NCBI RefSeq assembly: GCF_006345805.1
Contig: NC_043001.1
Location: forward strand, 121,396,001 to 121,460,000
From: Octopus sinensis
Lineage: Eukaryota
Length of the DNA: 64,000 nt
Direction: 5' to 3'
The position numbers and the translations under genes were made by a program. The notes under the pieces are model-generated. The model was not told the DNA's origin. It searched no databases and saw only the letters and a program-made list of their open reading frames with translations. How positions within the stretch are numbered: the first letter of the stretch is position 1; the number at the start of each line of letters is the position of its first letter. Positions 52,481-64,000 of this stretch are shown here, piece by piece.

Positions 52481-52566
52481 CTCTGCTTCTGGACAGCTTG
52501 TCACTTCATTGCACATCATTCCTGAACATGTTTGACACTGTAAATTCCGTTGAAATAACGAGTAAT
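52481..52566 (-). CDS. Exon encoding the N-terminal part of a Ly6/uPAR-like domain
   Basis: TTGTATTCTGTAG acceptor, GAG|GTAAGC donor; only open frame is YSLFQRNLQCQTCSGMMCNEVTSCPEAE (CxxC-x4-C-x5-C). Confidence 0.6.
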
Positions 52567-52879
52567 CTACAGAATACAAGTAAATATCTGTATTTATGAA
52601 CCAAATAATGCAATGCATAGCAATAACAAGAAATATTTTCTTTCAGATGTAAAAACAAATGTATGCGTGTTAGTATTGAAATCAATACATGTTAGACATA
52701 TAAATCAAATTATTAACAAAGACTATAAACCTATTTTCATGTTCATTTGGAAACGTTTCAATAATGTCACAAATTCAACTGAGAGAAGCATGAAAGCCAC
52801 TTGTTGTCCTTTTAGTATTCTGATGTAACAAACACGTAAAAATCGTTGAACAAGTCAAATAAAGGGATTAAGTTACAAC

Positions 52880-53075
52880 ATTCTTAAAAAATGTGGGGTT
52901 GGCGTTTGTTCAGGATAAATGTTATATGGTTGTGAAAAGGGCGAAAAATGTAAGCCAGACTAGCAACATCGCCATCAATGACCTGACAGTTTCCCCTATA
53001 TCTGAAGAGGAATGTTACAGATATCTAGGGGTGGTTGAAAATATATCTCATAACAGCACATTAAAGTATAAACAA
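52880..53075 (+). mobile_element. Decayed R4/Dong-type RT fragment
   Basis: GLAFVQDKC...SEEECYRYLGV resembles MKFGLEKC...YKYLGI of the Dong ORF. Confidence 0.6.
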
Positions 53076-53119
53076 AGAACATTACAGCTGAATAAATAAA
53101 ATTGTGCTAGAGGTTTCCA

Positions 53120-56100
53120 AACTGATTTTTGTCGGCGCCTAGAGGGTTTTCTCGTGACGTCGCAGACTTTAGTGATATTAGGGGACTTTAATGCTATCGT
53201 TGACGTACACATCGATAGCGTTGGCTCGATCTATAGGAAAGTGAACTCACGTCTCGTGGATCTGCTTAAGCGGTTTCAGCTAGCAGATCGTTACAGACTT
53301 GACCATCCGAACGTCCAGAGTGGACCTGGATGAGTGGCGACGGAAGGTTCAAGTCTTATCTAGACAGGATAGTGATAAGAACTAGAGATAAGTCTAGTTT
53401 TAGTTGCCCACAGCTCGTCCAGGTGCCCTATACTGACCATAGAATGGTCACGTGTAGACTGGACATAGATAGCACACTTAAGATAGGACCGGCTACTGGA
53501 AGCTGAACAAGTCTATTTTGACACGCGAGGCATACCGTAGCCGGATTAAGGTGTTAGTGCAGAGGGCGTTAACCGGAGCCGTGGTGATAACCGGTGGTGG
53601 TTCACCCTCAAAAGAGCCATTCGATTCGAGTCCATTAGATTTAGTAAACAACTAAGACTAGATTGGCTAGAATAGAAGGGCAACTAGTTAAGAACTTAGA
53701 GGAGGCGTTGAGGTTGGGCTCTGCATCTCACATTTTAGCGGCGAGAACGGCATTAGACCGTCACCTCAAAACCAAACATGAGGGATGTAGAGTCCGGGCT
53801 AAAGTACGAGCATTGGGCCGTGAGGGAATTAATGTTGCCGGATGGGCCCGTACGATAGAAACACAGCGTGGAAACGATGCCACAATTGGGTCTCTTGTTG
53901 ATGAAAACGGATGCACGATCAAGAAGCGGGACGAGAGTGTGTGAGGCACTTCACAAGCACTTCGCCGAGTTGTTCGGGAGGTGCGGGACGCTGGATCATG
54001 GTGAGGCCCTTAGGGACTTCCTGTCTGGTGGCCCGCGCCTCTCGACATGAGAGGCTGAGTGCTGTGAAGGCCAATCACAGCCGAGGAAGTAATCGAGGTG
54101 TTGGGCAAGTGCCCGGGGGAGAAGTCGCCGGGTCTCGATGGTCTGCCCTATGAATTTATAGAAGTATGCCAGACTTGTTCGGGCACCTGCTGGCTAGCGT
54201 CTACGCCAACTGGCAGCAGAATGGGAGAATTCCCAAGTCTGCGAGCCGGGGGGCGGTGAGAGTTGATCAGGAAGGACCCGAACAAGGGGGACGAGATAGG
54301 AACTTCAGGCCCATAACTCTGTTAAACACAGAGTTAAAGATTCTGGCCAAGGTGCTAGCAAAAAGGTTGGCGCGGGTCGTGGACAACTTGTCGGAGAAGC
54401 GCAACGTGCGCTATCCCCGGCAGAACGATCCACGACAATCTCCACCTTATACGCTACTCCTTAGAGAGGGTGGGGAAGCTTTCTGCCGCAGGGGGAGCAC
54501 TGGTACATTTAGATCAGTCCAAAGCATTTGATAGGGTCGACCATCGGTACCTGGCGGCGGTCCTCGGAGAGGCTGGCCTAGGCCCGACCTTTCGAGGTTG
54601 GATCGCTGCTTTGTATAGCGACATCGAGTCTGTAGTCAAGGTGAACGGTTCCTTTTCGAAGCCGTTCAGGATCGAGCGTTCAGTTCGTCAAGGGTGTCCC
54701 CTGTCCTCGCTCCTATACGTATTGGCTCTTGAGCCTTTGCTGCGGAAGTTGGAGGCACTAGGGGGCGCGCCGCATGATCTATGGTGTGGAAGAGGAGCTA
54801 CGGCGTATGCGGATGACACCTCCATCATCGTGGCAGACGAAGGCCAGCTTCCAGTGGTGGAAGAGGCCATCAAAAGCTACGAGGCGGTGGCAGGAGCAAA
54901 GGTTAACAAGGACAAGTCGGTCGGTTTGCAACTCGGCACCTGGAGGGGCAAGCCGATGCCGTCCAATAACGTCGTAGGGCGTTGGACGGAAGGTCCTGTT
55001 AAGCTGCTCGGAGTCTGGTTCGGGCCAGACCTCCAGATTGAGAAAAATTGGAGTGAGGTGGCCAACAAGGTGACCGCTCTAACCCAGACCTGGTCTGGGC
55101 GGGCGTTCCCTGCTAGGGAAGGCGGAGGTGGTGCAGATGTTTATAGCATCAGTAATCACCTACCGTCTGACCGTGGTGCCTTGCCCCGATTTGTGGCTGA
55201 ACAAGTTGGAGAGAATCCTTTTCCGATTTTTGTGGAAAGGAGGAAAGCCACTTGTAAAGCGCTCTGTCTGCTGCCAGAAACCGCTAAAGGGGGGCTAGGG
55301 ATGCCTTGGCTGAGGATGCGAAAAAACGCGTTAAGGTTGAGGCACCTCTGGCTTTACCTGGATGGAGAGCAGGTGTGGTCGCCGCACGTCCGGTTCTACC
55401 TTCCCCAGTTAACATCCCTAACGGACATCGGTGCATGGATCAAGCGGAGACCTAAACTAAACTGAGTGAATGGCATTTGGAGTGCCGTCAGGCGCTCCAG
55501 CTACTATCTCGGGTGGGCAACGCCGGCAACAGGAGTTCCACCACGGATTTCTATAGCGGGTTAGTGGAGATTAAGTCCGAAGACGCCTTGGGGGAGACCC
55601 TGGGCTACGATGAAAATCAGTTGGTCAACCTGTTCCGGAGGACGTTCGGCCGGGGTATCTGGATAATTACCAGAAATCCCTAGCCTGGCAGTGTTCCGTG
55701 CGGCTTTACCTGTTCGCGACAAGCTGTCAAGGCACGGCAGTGCCCGTCGCCGACATGCCCGCGATGTGAGCAGGATAGGGAGACCGTCTTGCACGCATTC
55801 GTGGAGTGTCCGGAGTTATCGGGACTGAAAGCTTTGTTGAACAACTTTGTCAGTGATGGGAAGAGTACAGCTATCAGCTGAGTCTATCATCGAGATTGTG
55901 CCGCCCCCTTCCTTAACAGGGAAAGAAAGGCTTGTTTTTTCTGTGTAGTAGCCATACTGAAAGAAACAGTATGGAAGAGCGTACGAAAGGTATAGTGACA
56001 GGCACCTTTGTCTCCGGCCAGGGGTTGATTAACTTTTTTAGTTACCACCTATTAGCAAAATCAGGCTGGAGAAGAGGTGTCTGTCACGAGATATGTTTGT

Positions 56101-56340
56101 GAAAAGATGGAAGCCTGTGGCATACAAGATGGGTATGTTGGCACCAGGTAAGTGTGACCGGATCAGAAAGTAAAGGTTCACCCGGATGGCTGGGTGTCCG
56201 TCCTTCGACATGATCATTAATATTTTTAAACATTGCCTTCGTAAAATTTATTGTTTATAATCTTATCCGTAATTTCATTCGAAAATTGTAACTGTGTTAA
56301 GCTACTTCACCCTTTATATTTGTCTGTTTGTTTGTCCCCT
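53120..56340 (+). mobile_element. L1/Tx1-clade LINE ORF2, 5'-truncated, frameshifted
   Basis: ILGDFNA, SYLDRI, TDHRMV (APE); KSPGLDGLPYEFY, FRPITLLNTELKILAK, LDQSKAFDRVDH, VRQGCPLS, AYADDT (RT); CPRCEQDRETVLHAFVECP knuckle. Confidence 0.93.
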
Positions 56341-56379
56341 CTTTTAAATGCCTAAATGGCAAATTATATGAAATAAAGT

Positions 56380-56770
56380 AGCTTGCGTAACGAACAAACA
56401 TGGTTCCGGGTTCAGTCCCACTGCGTGGACCTTGGGCAAGTGTCTTCTACTATAGCCTCGGGCCGACCAAAGCCTTGTGAGTGGATTTGGTAGACGGAAA
56501 CTGAAAGAAGCCCGTCGTATATATGTATCTATATATATATACGTATGTGTATGTGTATATGTTTGTATATCTGTGTTTGTCCCCCCAACATTGCTTGACA
56601 ACCGATGGTGGTGTGTTTACGTCCTCGTAACTTAGCGGTTCGGCAAAAGAGACCGATAGAATAAGTACTAGGCTTACAAAGAATAAGTCCTGGGGTCGAT
56701 TTGCTCGACTAAAAGGTGGTGCCCCAGTATGGCCACAGTCAAATGACTGAAACAAGTAACAGAGAAATGA
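56380..56770 (+). mobile_element. tRNA-derived SINE (family of 39851-40275)
   Basis: GGTTCAGTCCCACTGCGTGGACCTTGGGCAAGTGTCTT...GAATAAGTCCTGGGGTCGATTTGCTCGACTAAA. Confidence 0.88.
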
Positions 56771-57011
56771 GAGAGTATATGTAACGATATGGATTTGTTG
56801 GGAAGGCTGCAATGCTCTTGTTCGAGGGTCAGCAATTGTAATGGTAGAGGATTGTTGAAGTCGAGAGTCACTAATTGCAGCGGGAGAAATTGATTAGTAA
56901 ACATTATTATGATGGTGTTGAAATCAGCAGTTGTGACGATAATAATTAATTATTATAACAGCATACTGTAGGATGTGAAAGATGAACAATTCGTGAAGTT
57001 TTAAGATAGTA

Positions 57012-57252
57012 TTTATTTACCTATTTCTTTACTACCCACAAGGGGCTAAACACAGAGGGGACGAACAAGGACAGACACACGGATTAAGTCGATTACATCG
57101 ACTCCAGTCCGTAACTGGTACTTATTTTATCGACCCCGAAAGGATGAAAGGCAAAGTCGACCTCGGCGGAATTTGAACTCAAAACGTAACGGCAGACGAA
57201 ATACGGCTACGCATTTCCCCCGGCGTGCTAACGTTTCAGCCAGCTCGCCGCT
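57012..57252 (-). mobile_element. tRNA-derived SINE with Nin/Deu-like central domain
   Basis: Minus strand GCGGCGAGCTGGCTGAAACGTTAG...GAGTTCAAATTCCGCCGAGGTCGACTTTGCCTTTCATCCTTTCGGGGTCGATAAAATAAGTACCAG; related pieces at 60735-60845 and 61590-61705. Confidence 0.82.
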
Positions 57253-57844
57253 GATAGTATTTATTTACCGTTACGTTACAATACCTTGCCTGGACGAGCA
57301 GGTTATGATAAATCCAAAAGCATGCGAAGTAAAGTTTGGGCTTGTGTCCTCTTCATTGTTTAGTAGTAATTACAGAGAGAGATAGAATGATGTCGTAAGA
57401 GAATAGAATTAGAGCTAGTGAGAGTCGTAGGGTTGTGGGACGTTGTCTCACAGTTGCTGACAGTAAACTTCATTTCTCCCTCTGACCAAGGTTCTTGCTG
57501 GTCAGCCAGACTTCGTTCTCACTGAGTTGTCACCGAAGTGACTAACCGATTTCTGCTTGGGATGTGCTTGCTTATATAACTATCCAGAAGGATAGATATA
57601 TCATTAAATAAAGAGGGTTGGTGAAGGACGTGCGAGTCGCTCTTTCCGTCTTTGACGTCTCCGATCTTGCCTTTTAACGCCTGTTATTTTCCATCTTGTC
57701 TGTTCCCTTGACTATGGCATGCCACTATTTTTGGCGGTCCTTGGCTATTGTCATTCAGGTATTTGGATCAATGGAGCGGCGGAGGGGAGTGACCTTGAGT
57801 TAGTCATGGAAACGGAATCCGTTTGGTATGGTGCCTAGGGCATC

Positions 57845-59960
57845 AGGTCATTCCTGATCGAAACAGACCTACGATCAAAGATTTTCCAGCTGTGACCATC
57901 TCAACTATTTTTGAGACTTAGTGCATTTCTACATTATCTAACAGACGTAGAGGTCTTGGTAAGTAAAAAAACAATTCCTGAGCGTTCCGTTCTCCCTCTA
58001 TTTTTATGTTCCGGGGGTAGTAAATAACAAAAGCCATAAACAAGACCACGTAGCTCTCATCTGCAGTTACCAGTAAATGTCCACTATGTGGTGTAGGGTT
58101 GTAAATCTGGAGCAGGGATTCCCAAAATGTGTTTTGCAAAACTCCAGGGTTCCCTGAAACTTATCAGGGGTTCCACGCTTTTAAAAATAAGGCCCAGGAT
58201 AGAACTGACTAGAGGACACTGATCCAACGAGTAACCGAGAGTCGACTTCGACTGAGCGGATAGATAGATAGTAGGTATATGTTTCTTGTGGGGTCCGGGG
58301 ACAGCAAATGGAAGGGCAACTCCGGCGGCACACACTCTAGTTACGCTAGTGGGACCGAGCATTCCAATATAAGCACCACCTATGGAGCAGGCTACAGTAA
58401 GGTAGCCACACAATTTTGTAACTGTTATTTCTACGTAGTGGGTAGACAGAAATTATTTTAAGTAAAAACAAATTTATACATGGGTAAGAGATCATCGAAT
58501 GATTGGGGGTGCACAAGAACCAAATAAAGAGGAGACGGGGTCGAAAACAGCACCACCAACACAAGTACCAGCACCAGCAGTATCAAAATCATCATCATCA
58601 GCAGCAGCAGCAGCGCCACCACCACCACCACCACAATAACAAAGATAAATTGACGGGAAAGACGGGTTATATTCTATTTAAAGGGAGATAACAATCACTA
58701 ACGTTGGTGTCTTCTTTTAAGTTGTGTCCCTTGAATTAATTGTACTTTTGAAAAAAAATTTCATTCTTCGCTTTTTTACGTTTATCTTTCCGCTCTTTTA
58801 ACGACCACGTGGTTTCAGCCGTGACCCCCCACTTCTTATATTAACGAATAACGTATTTAAGACTACATTAATCCCTTGTATTCTGCTTCGTCATTGCTTT
58901 CTAGCCCCATCAGTCAAGCCTGATCGAGGAAAATTATCATCTCAGATCTACCAGCCGTGACCCTCACGTCATAGTGTATCTATAGCTACATCTAATGTAA
59001 AGTATAGTAGTTAGTATAAGTGGATATAGTTGTTGTTGTTGTGGTGGTTGCTGTTCACCCCCAAGTCTGTCCTTGGGTTAAACAAAGATGCTCCAACCAC
59101 GACCATCACATCTATTATCAAGACATAGTGTGTCTAGGGATACATTATTTAATGTATAGTTTAATAGTTAGCATTAGTGGCTATAACTGTTGTTATTCTT
59201 CTTCTTGTTTAGCCCCAGGTCAGGCTTATTTCATACCTATGATCAAAACTGTTCCAGCTGTGGTCATCGCATCTTTTATTCAGTCATAGTGTATCTAGGA
59301 CTACATTATCTAATGTATAGTATAGGAGTTAGTGGCTATAATTAGTGGCTATAATTAGTGGCTATAATTGCTGTAGTTTTTTAACCCCAGGTCATTCCTG
59401 ATCGAAACAGACCTACGATCAAAGATGTTCCGGCTGTGACCATCTCAACTATTTTTGAGACTTAGTGCATCTCTACATTATCAAACAGACGTAGAGGTCT
59501 TGGTAATTTAAAAAAAACAATTCCTGAGCGTTCCGTTCTCCCTCTATTTTTATGTTCCGGGGGTAGTAAATAACGAAAGCCCAGGATAGAACTGACTAGA
59601 AGACACTGATCCAACGAGTAACCGAGAGTCGACTTCGACTGAGCGGATAGATAGATAGTAGGTATATGTTTCTTGTGGGGTCCGGGGGCGGCAAATGGAA
59701 GGGCAACTCCGGCGGCACACACTCTAGTTACGCTAGTGGGACCGAGCATTCCAATATAAGCACCACCTATGGAGCAGGCTACAGTAAGGTAGCCACACAA
59801 TTTTGTAACTGTTATTTCTACGTAGTGGGTAGACAGAAATTATTTTATGTAAAAAAAAAAAAAAAATTATACATGGGTAAGAGATCATCGAATCATTGGG
59901 GGTACACAAGAACCAAATAAAGAGTGGGCAGGGTCGAAAACAGCACCTGTACCAGCACCA
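57845..59960. repeat. Direct duplication of a 570-730-bp module (57845-58580 and 59388-59960)
   Basis: CAGGTCATTCCTGATCGAAACAGACC...CCCAGGATAGAACTGACTAG...GGCTACAGTAAGGTAGCC...GGGTCGAAAACAGCACC in both; copy 2 lacks about 160 bp. Confidence 0.92.
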
Positions 59961-60089
59961 CCACCACCACCACCGCCGCAACCGCCGGTTCCCGGTTCAA
60001 TCCCACTGCGTGCCACCTTGGGCAAGTGCTTTCTACTACAGTCTTGGATATAAATATATATAAGTGTGTGTGTGTGTGTGTGTGTGAGT

Positions 60090-60125
<36 letters not shown>

Positions 60126-60151
60126 ATATATATATATATATATATATATTT

Positions 60152-60190
<39 letters not shown>

Positions 60191-60221
60191 TAGAAGATAG
60201 ATAGATAGATAGATATTTGTA

Positions 60222-60620
60222 TAGGCGTGGCTGTGTGGTAAGTAGCTTGCTTACGAACCACATGGTTCCGGCTTCAGTCCCACTGCGGGGCACCTTGGGC
60301 AAGTGTCTTCTACTATAGCCTTTGGCCGACCAAAGCCTTGTGAGTGGATCTGGTAGGCAGAAACTGAAAGAAGCCCATCATGTGTGTGTGTGTGTGTGTG
60401 TGAACGTGTGTCTTTGTGTTTGTCCCCCACAACCGCTTGACAACTGGTGTTGGTGTATTTACTTTCCCGTAACATTAGCGGTTCGGAAAAACAAACCGGT
60501 AGATTAAGTACTACGCTTTACAAAAATATTAACATGAACTGAGGGTGAAAAGATCGACTAAAATCCTTAAAGGCAGTGCTCCATCTTGGCCGCTGTCTAA
60601 TGACCGAAAGAAATAAAATA
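60222..60620 (+). mobile_element. tRNA-derived SINE (family of 39851-40275)
   Basis: GGCGTGGCTGTGTGGTAAGTAGCTTGCTTACGAACCACATGGTTCCGGCTTCAGTCCCACTGC head. Confidence 0.85.
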
Positions 60621-60849
60621 TAGAAGATAACATAAACTTTACCTGCATTAATAGAGGAATTCTATGTTGCAAAAGATTACACCGACCCCAGTGCGTAATG
60701 GTACTTGTTTTATCTATAATTTTGGAAACATACAACCGTAATCGACTTAATCCGTTTGTCTGTCCTTGTTTGTCCCCCCTGTGTTTAGCCCCTTGTGGGT
60801 AGTAAGGAAATAGGTATTTCGTCTGCTGTTACGTTCTGAGTTCAATATA

Positions 60850-61590
60850 ATATAATAATAATAATGAAATTATTGTATACAGTGCTCAGGTGCACCACAA
60901 CTTGTCAGAAAGTGCATATAAAGTACATGCAGTAATGTAGAAATGTCTGGAAAGCGAACAATGTATGAGTCAGATACATGCTTGTGTGTGTATGGAGGGG
61001 AGAAAATCAGGTTAGTGTTGGCGAATCTTAGAAGCATGGAAGTTTTGAAGGATGCAGTGCTCCGACAACTAACAACTGATGCTGCAGTTTGTTCCATGCT
61101 TTAGCAACTCTCAGCGTAGAAAAATGTTTCCTGAAGTCATGGGAGCTGTGTTGTTTTCTTACTTTGTAAATATGTCCACGGGTGTTAGATGGGTGGAGTT
61201 TGAAAAGGTGCTCAGATTTATTGTTTGTACGATGGTTGATAATTTTATGGGTGTCTGCCAAGTCAGCTGCCAGACGTCTGAGTTTCAATGTGTCCATGCC
61301 CAGGGAAGTAAGGCGTTCAGGATATGGCAAATGCCTGATGGAGGGTATTCTTTTGGTTGCACGTCGCTGAACAGCTTCCAGACGATTGATATCCTGAGCA
61401 AAATAAGGGTTCCAGACCGGTGATGCAAATTCCAGGTGAGGTCTTACCATAGCTATATAAAGCCGCAGATAGATAGCCGGAGAGCGGCTCACAAAGGATT
61501 TGGTGAGTGATGCCAAGACACCCTCAGCCTTCTTGACAATTTTAGCAATGTGTTTTGTCCAACGCAAATCACTGTCGACAATAATACCCA
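60850..61590 (-). mobile_element. CR1-clade LINE 3' fragment
   Basis: ORF 61028-61567: MVRPHLEFASPVWNP..DINRLEAVQRRATK..RGHIYK..RVAKAWNKL; short ATT-repeat tail at about 60845-60865. Confidence 0.9.
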
Positions 61591-61912
61591 GATTCCGCCG
61601 AGGTCAACTTTGCCTTCCATCATTTCTGGGTCAATTAAATAAGTACCAGTTACGCACTGGGGTCGATGTAATCGATTTAATCCGTTTATCTGTCCTTGTT
61701 TGTCACAAAAAGTTACATCGATAAAGATGGCACTGAACATAAGATGAAAGACAAACCAGACATCGAAGTCATCTCAGATTCCCTTGATGGTAACACTTGT
61801 GTTCCTTTTCAAATATTACGACACTAATTTATGGGCAGGTGTGTCTCGTCCTAATTTGGTTGATGTTTACGCTTCGTTCTCAGTTCTGAAGACGATGAAT
61901 ATCGTCCATATA

Positions 61913-63470
61913 CAGTGGGGGGAAATAATATTCGTACATGTCAAAATTCTTTATTTATTTAATTTCTAATGAACATAAACGGGATATACCAATACTATAT
62001 TTGCATACACATGCATCAACTAAGAATTTGCAAAAGAAACTAATAAATTATAGTAACTAAGGAATTTATATTCAATTATAAATATTTAGGGGTGAAAAAA
62101 GTATTCATACAGAGCATAAGTAACTGATAATTCTATGATACTTCGTAGCATAACCATTATTCAGTTCCACTTCAACCAATCTCTTCTTGTAGTTCTTAAT
62201 CAATGACTCCCATATTTCTTTAGGAATTTTTTCCCATTCTTCTTGACAAATTTTCTTCAAATCTCCAATGTACGTTGGGGCTCTTGAATGAATTTTAATT
62301 TTCAAATAACGCCACAAATTTCAATGGGGTTCAAATCAGGTGACTGTCTTGGCCATTCTAATAATTTTATATTGTGATCAACAATCCATTTTTTTGGTAG
62401 ACATCGCCGTGTGCTTAGGGTCGTTACCCTGTTGTAAAACCCACCCTTCACAAAGCTGGTGCTTTTCTACAGAGTCCCATAAACTATTGTTCAAAATATT
62501 TTGGTACATCTCTGCATTCATTCTACCATCTATCACATGTAAATTGCCAGTACCATTTGCAGAGAAACACCCCCACGCCATGATGTTTCCACCTCCAAAC
62601 TTTACTGTAGGAATTGTGTTTTTCCTCCAAACATGGTTAAGCGAATTTCGTCCAAACAATTCAATTTTCGACTCGTCTGTCCATAGAACATTTTCCCAGA
62701 ATGTATCAGATTTATCGTTATGTTCATAAACAAATTTTAAACGGGCATCTCTATGCCTTTTAATCAACAGCGGAGTTTTTCTAAGAGTGCATTACTTCAG
62801 TTCATTCCTATGAAGTTCATTGCTGATTGTTCGTAGTGTAACACTAGTCCCTGAAGCTAACAAATCTTCTTTCAACTCCTTTCTGGTGATCATTGCGTTT
62901 TTTCCGATTCTTCGCTTCATTTTTATTAATGATCTAGGGGGAAATCTTGCGTGGTGGACCGGATCTTATTCTGTTTTCAACAATTCCCGATTCTTTATAT
63001 ATTTGAATAAATGAAGATATGGTAGTAAATGGAATACAAAGGGTCTCTGATATTTTCCCGTAACTTTTACCTGCTTTCCATTGTTCAATAATTAAATTTT
63101 TCACAGAATTTGTGAGTTTTTTTTTACTTTTCGCCATTATTACGATACTGCTTTATGTTGTCTCAGTGCTGAATGAAGAAGCTAATGTTTTGGCACTTAA
63201 AAATGACAGCTGATAAGATTATTGGAACAAACGAGAAAGTTCTAGAAAAAAAAATTAACAGTATTTTGTGGCATAGAAAATCATAAATTTATTCTGTGCG
63301 AATACTTTTTTCACCCCTAAATATTTATGATTGTATATAAATTCCTTAGTTATTATAATTTATCAGTTTCTTTTGCATATTCTTTGTTTATGCATGTGTA
63401 TGAAATTATAGTCTTGGTATATCCTAAATGAAGAATTTTGACATGTACGAATATTTATTTCCCCCTACTG
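61913..63470 (-). mobile_element. Tc1 (DD34E-type) DNA transposon with long IR/DR TIRs, defective transposase
   Basis: TA|CAGTGGGGGGAAATAATATTCGTACATGTCAAAATT ... TTTTGACATGTACGAATATTTATTTCCCCCTACTG|TA; TIRs about 175-190 bp; HTH start 63137, [32 protein letters not shown], with frameshifts. Confidence 0.93.
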
Positions 63471-63847
63471 TATTCTCCATCTTCCAGTAGATTTCACTCA
63501 ATGTTGTGCTCATGAGTAAAACACGTCATTTCATGTTGCTCCAGTCCACCCAGCCGGCAAAACGAGTAACCCTGCGACAGAAAGACAATTCGACTAATTG
63601 GGAAATATATAAATCACGAGAACCGGGAAAACGGAAACATGAGTCTGTATGAGTCCGGAACGATCTTCATGCTTTATCATTTATAGTGGAGGTACATTGC
63701 TTAGGAGTTAGGGCATTGCACTCACAATCATGAGATTCTGATTTCGATTCTTGGACTGGGCGACTTGTTACTTTCTTGACTAAAATTTTTCATTCTACTT
63801 TGTTCCATTCCTCTCCATGAAAACACTTCATTCCACATTCATCCAGT

Positions 63848-64000
63848 GGAGGCACATGGCCTAGTGGTTAGAGCAGCGGACTCGCGGTCGAGGGGTCGCG
63901 GGTTCGAATCTCAGACAGGGTGATGTATGTGTTTATAAGCGAAACACCTAAGCTCCATGCGGCTCCAGCAGAAGGTAATGGCGAACTTCTGTTGACTCTT
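63848..64000 (+). mobile_element. tRNA-derived SINE head (family of 9899-10288), runs off the window
   Basis: GGAGGCACATGGCCTAGTGGTTAGAGCAGCGGACTCGCGG...GGTTCGAATCTC followed by the AAACACCTAAGCTCCA body. Confidence 0.85.

Noticed and set aside
56780-56960. Possible solo LTR (TGTAAC...TAACA, GTATA/GCATA flanks); also LTR-like 57391-57843
   Set aside because: TSD imperfect or absent, no second copy and no internal gag/pol sequence.
58084-58413. Duplicated ORF MCGYLTVACSIGG (also 59462-59800)
   Set aside because: Explained by the DNA duplication; C-termini diverge at the indel; no domain or splice support.

Overview
AT-rich eukaryotic (animal) genomic DNA. The SINE heads, the (TA)n/(TAA)n load and the LINE/Penelope content fit an octopod cephalopod best; this is inference, not a database result. 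Most of the window is mobile or simple-repeat DNA. Non-LTR elements are RTE, CR1, L1/Tx1 and R4/Dong LINEs plus three Penelope-like elements (PLEs). Also present are an IR/DR Tc1 element, mariner MITEs and tRNA-derived SINEs. There is a 100-N gap at 1289-1388. Under the repeats lies an inverted segmental duplication: arm A (1389-10599, +) faces arm B (30923-50492, -), and B itself holds two tandem partial copies (B1, B2). The duplicated unit carries exons of an apparent cysteine-rich Ly6/uPAR (three-finger-like) gene, with LQCQTC at one end and CTGCCVGHLCN at the other. Two further candidate exons look more diverged between copies than their flanking introns. The 20-kb spacer contains a head-to-tail nest of R4/Dong retrotransposons inserted in (TAA)n tracts. 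Two unrelated PLEs carry minimal hammerhead-like motifs sharing a non-canonical CCGAAGA core. Exon calls were made by eye from splice signals and phase and need RNA-seq; most long ORFs in the supplied track are microsatellite artefacts.
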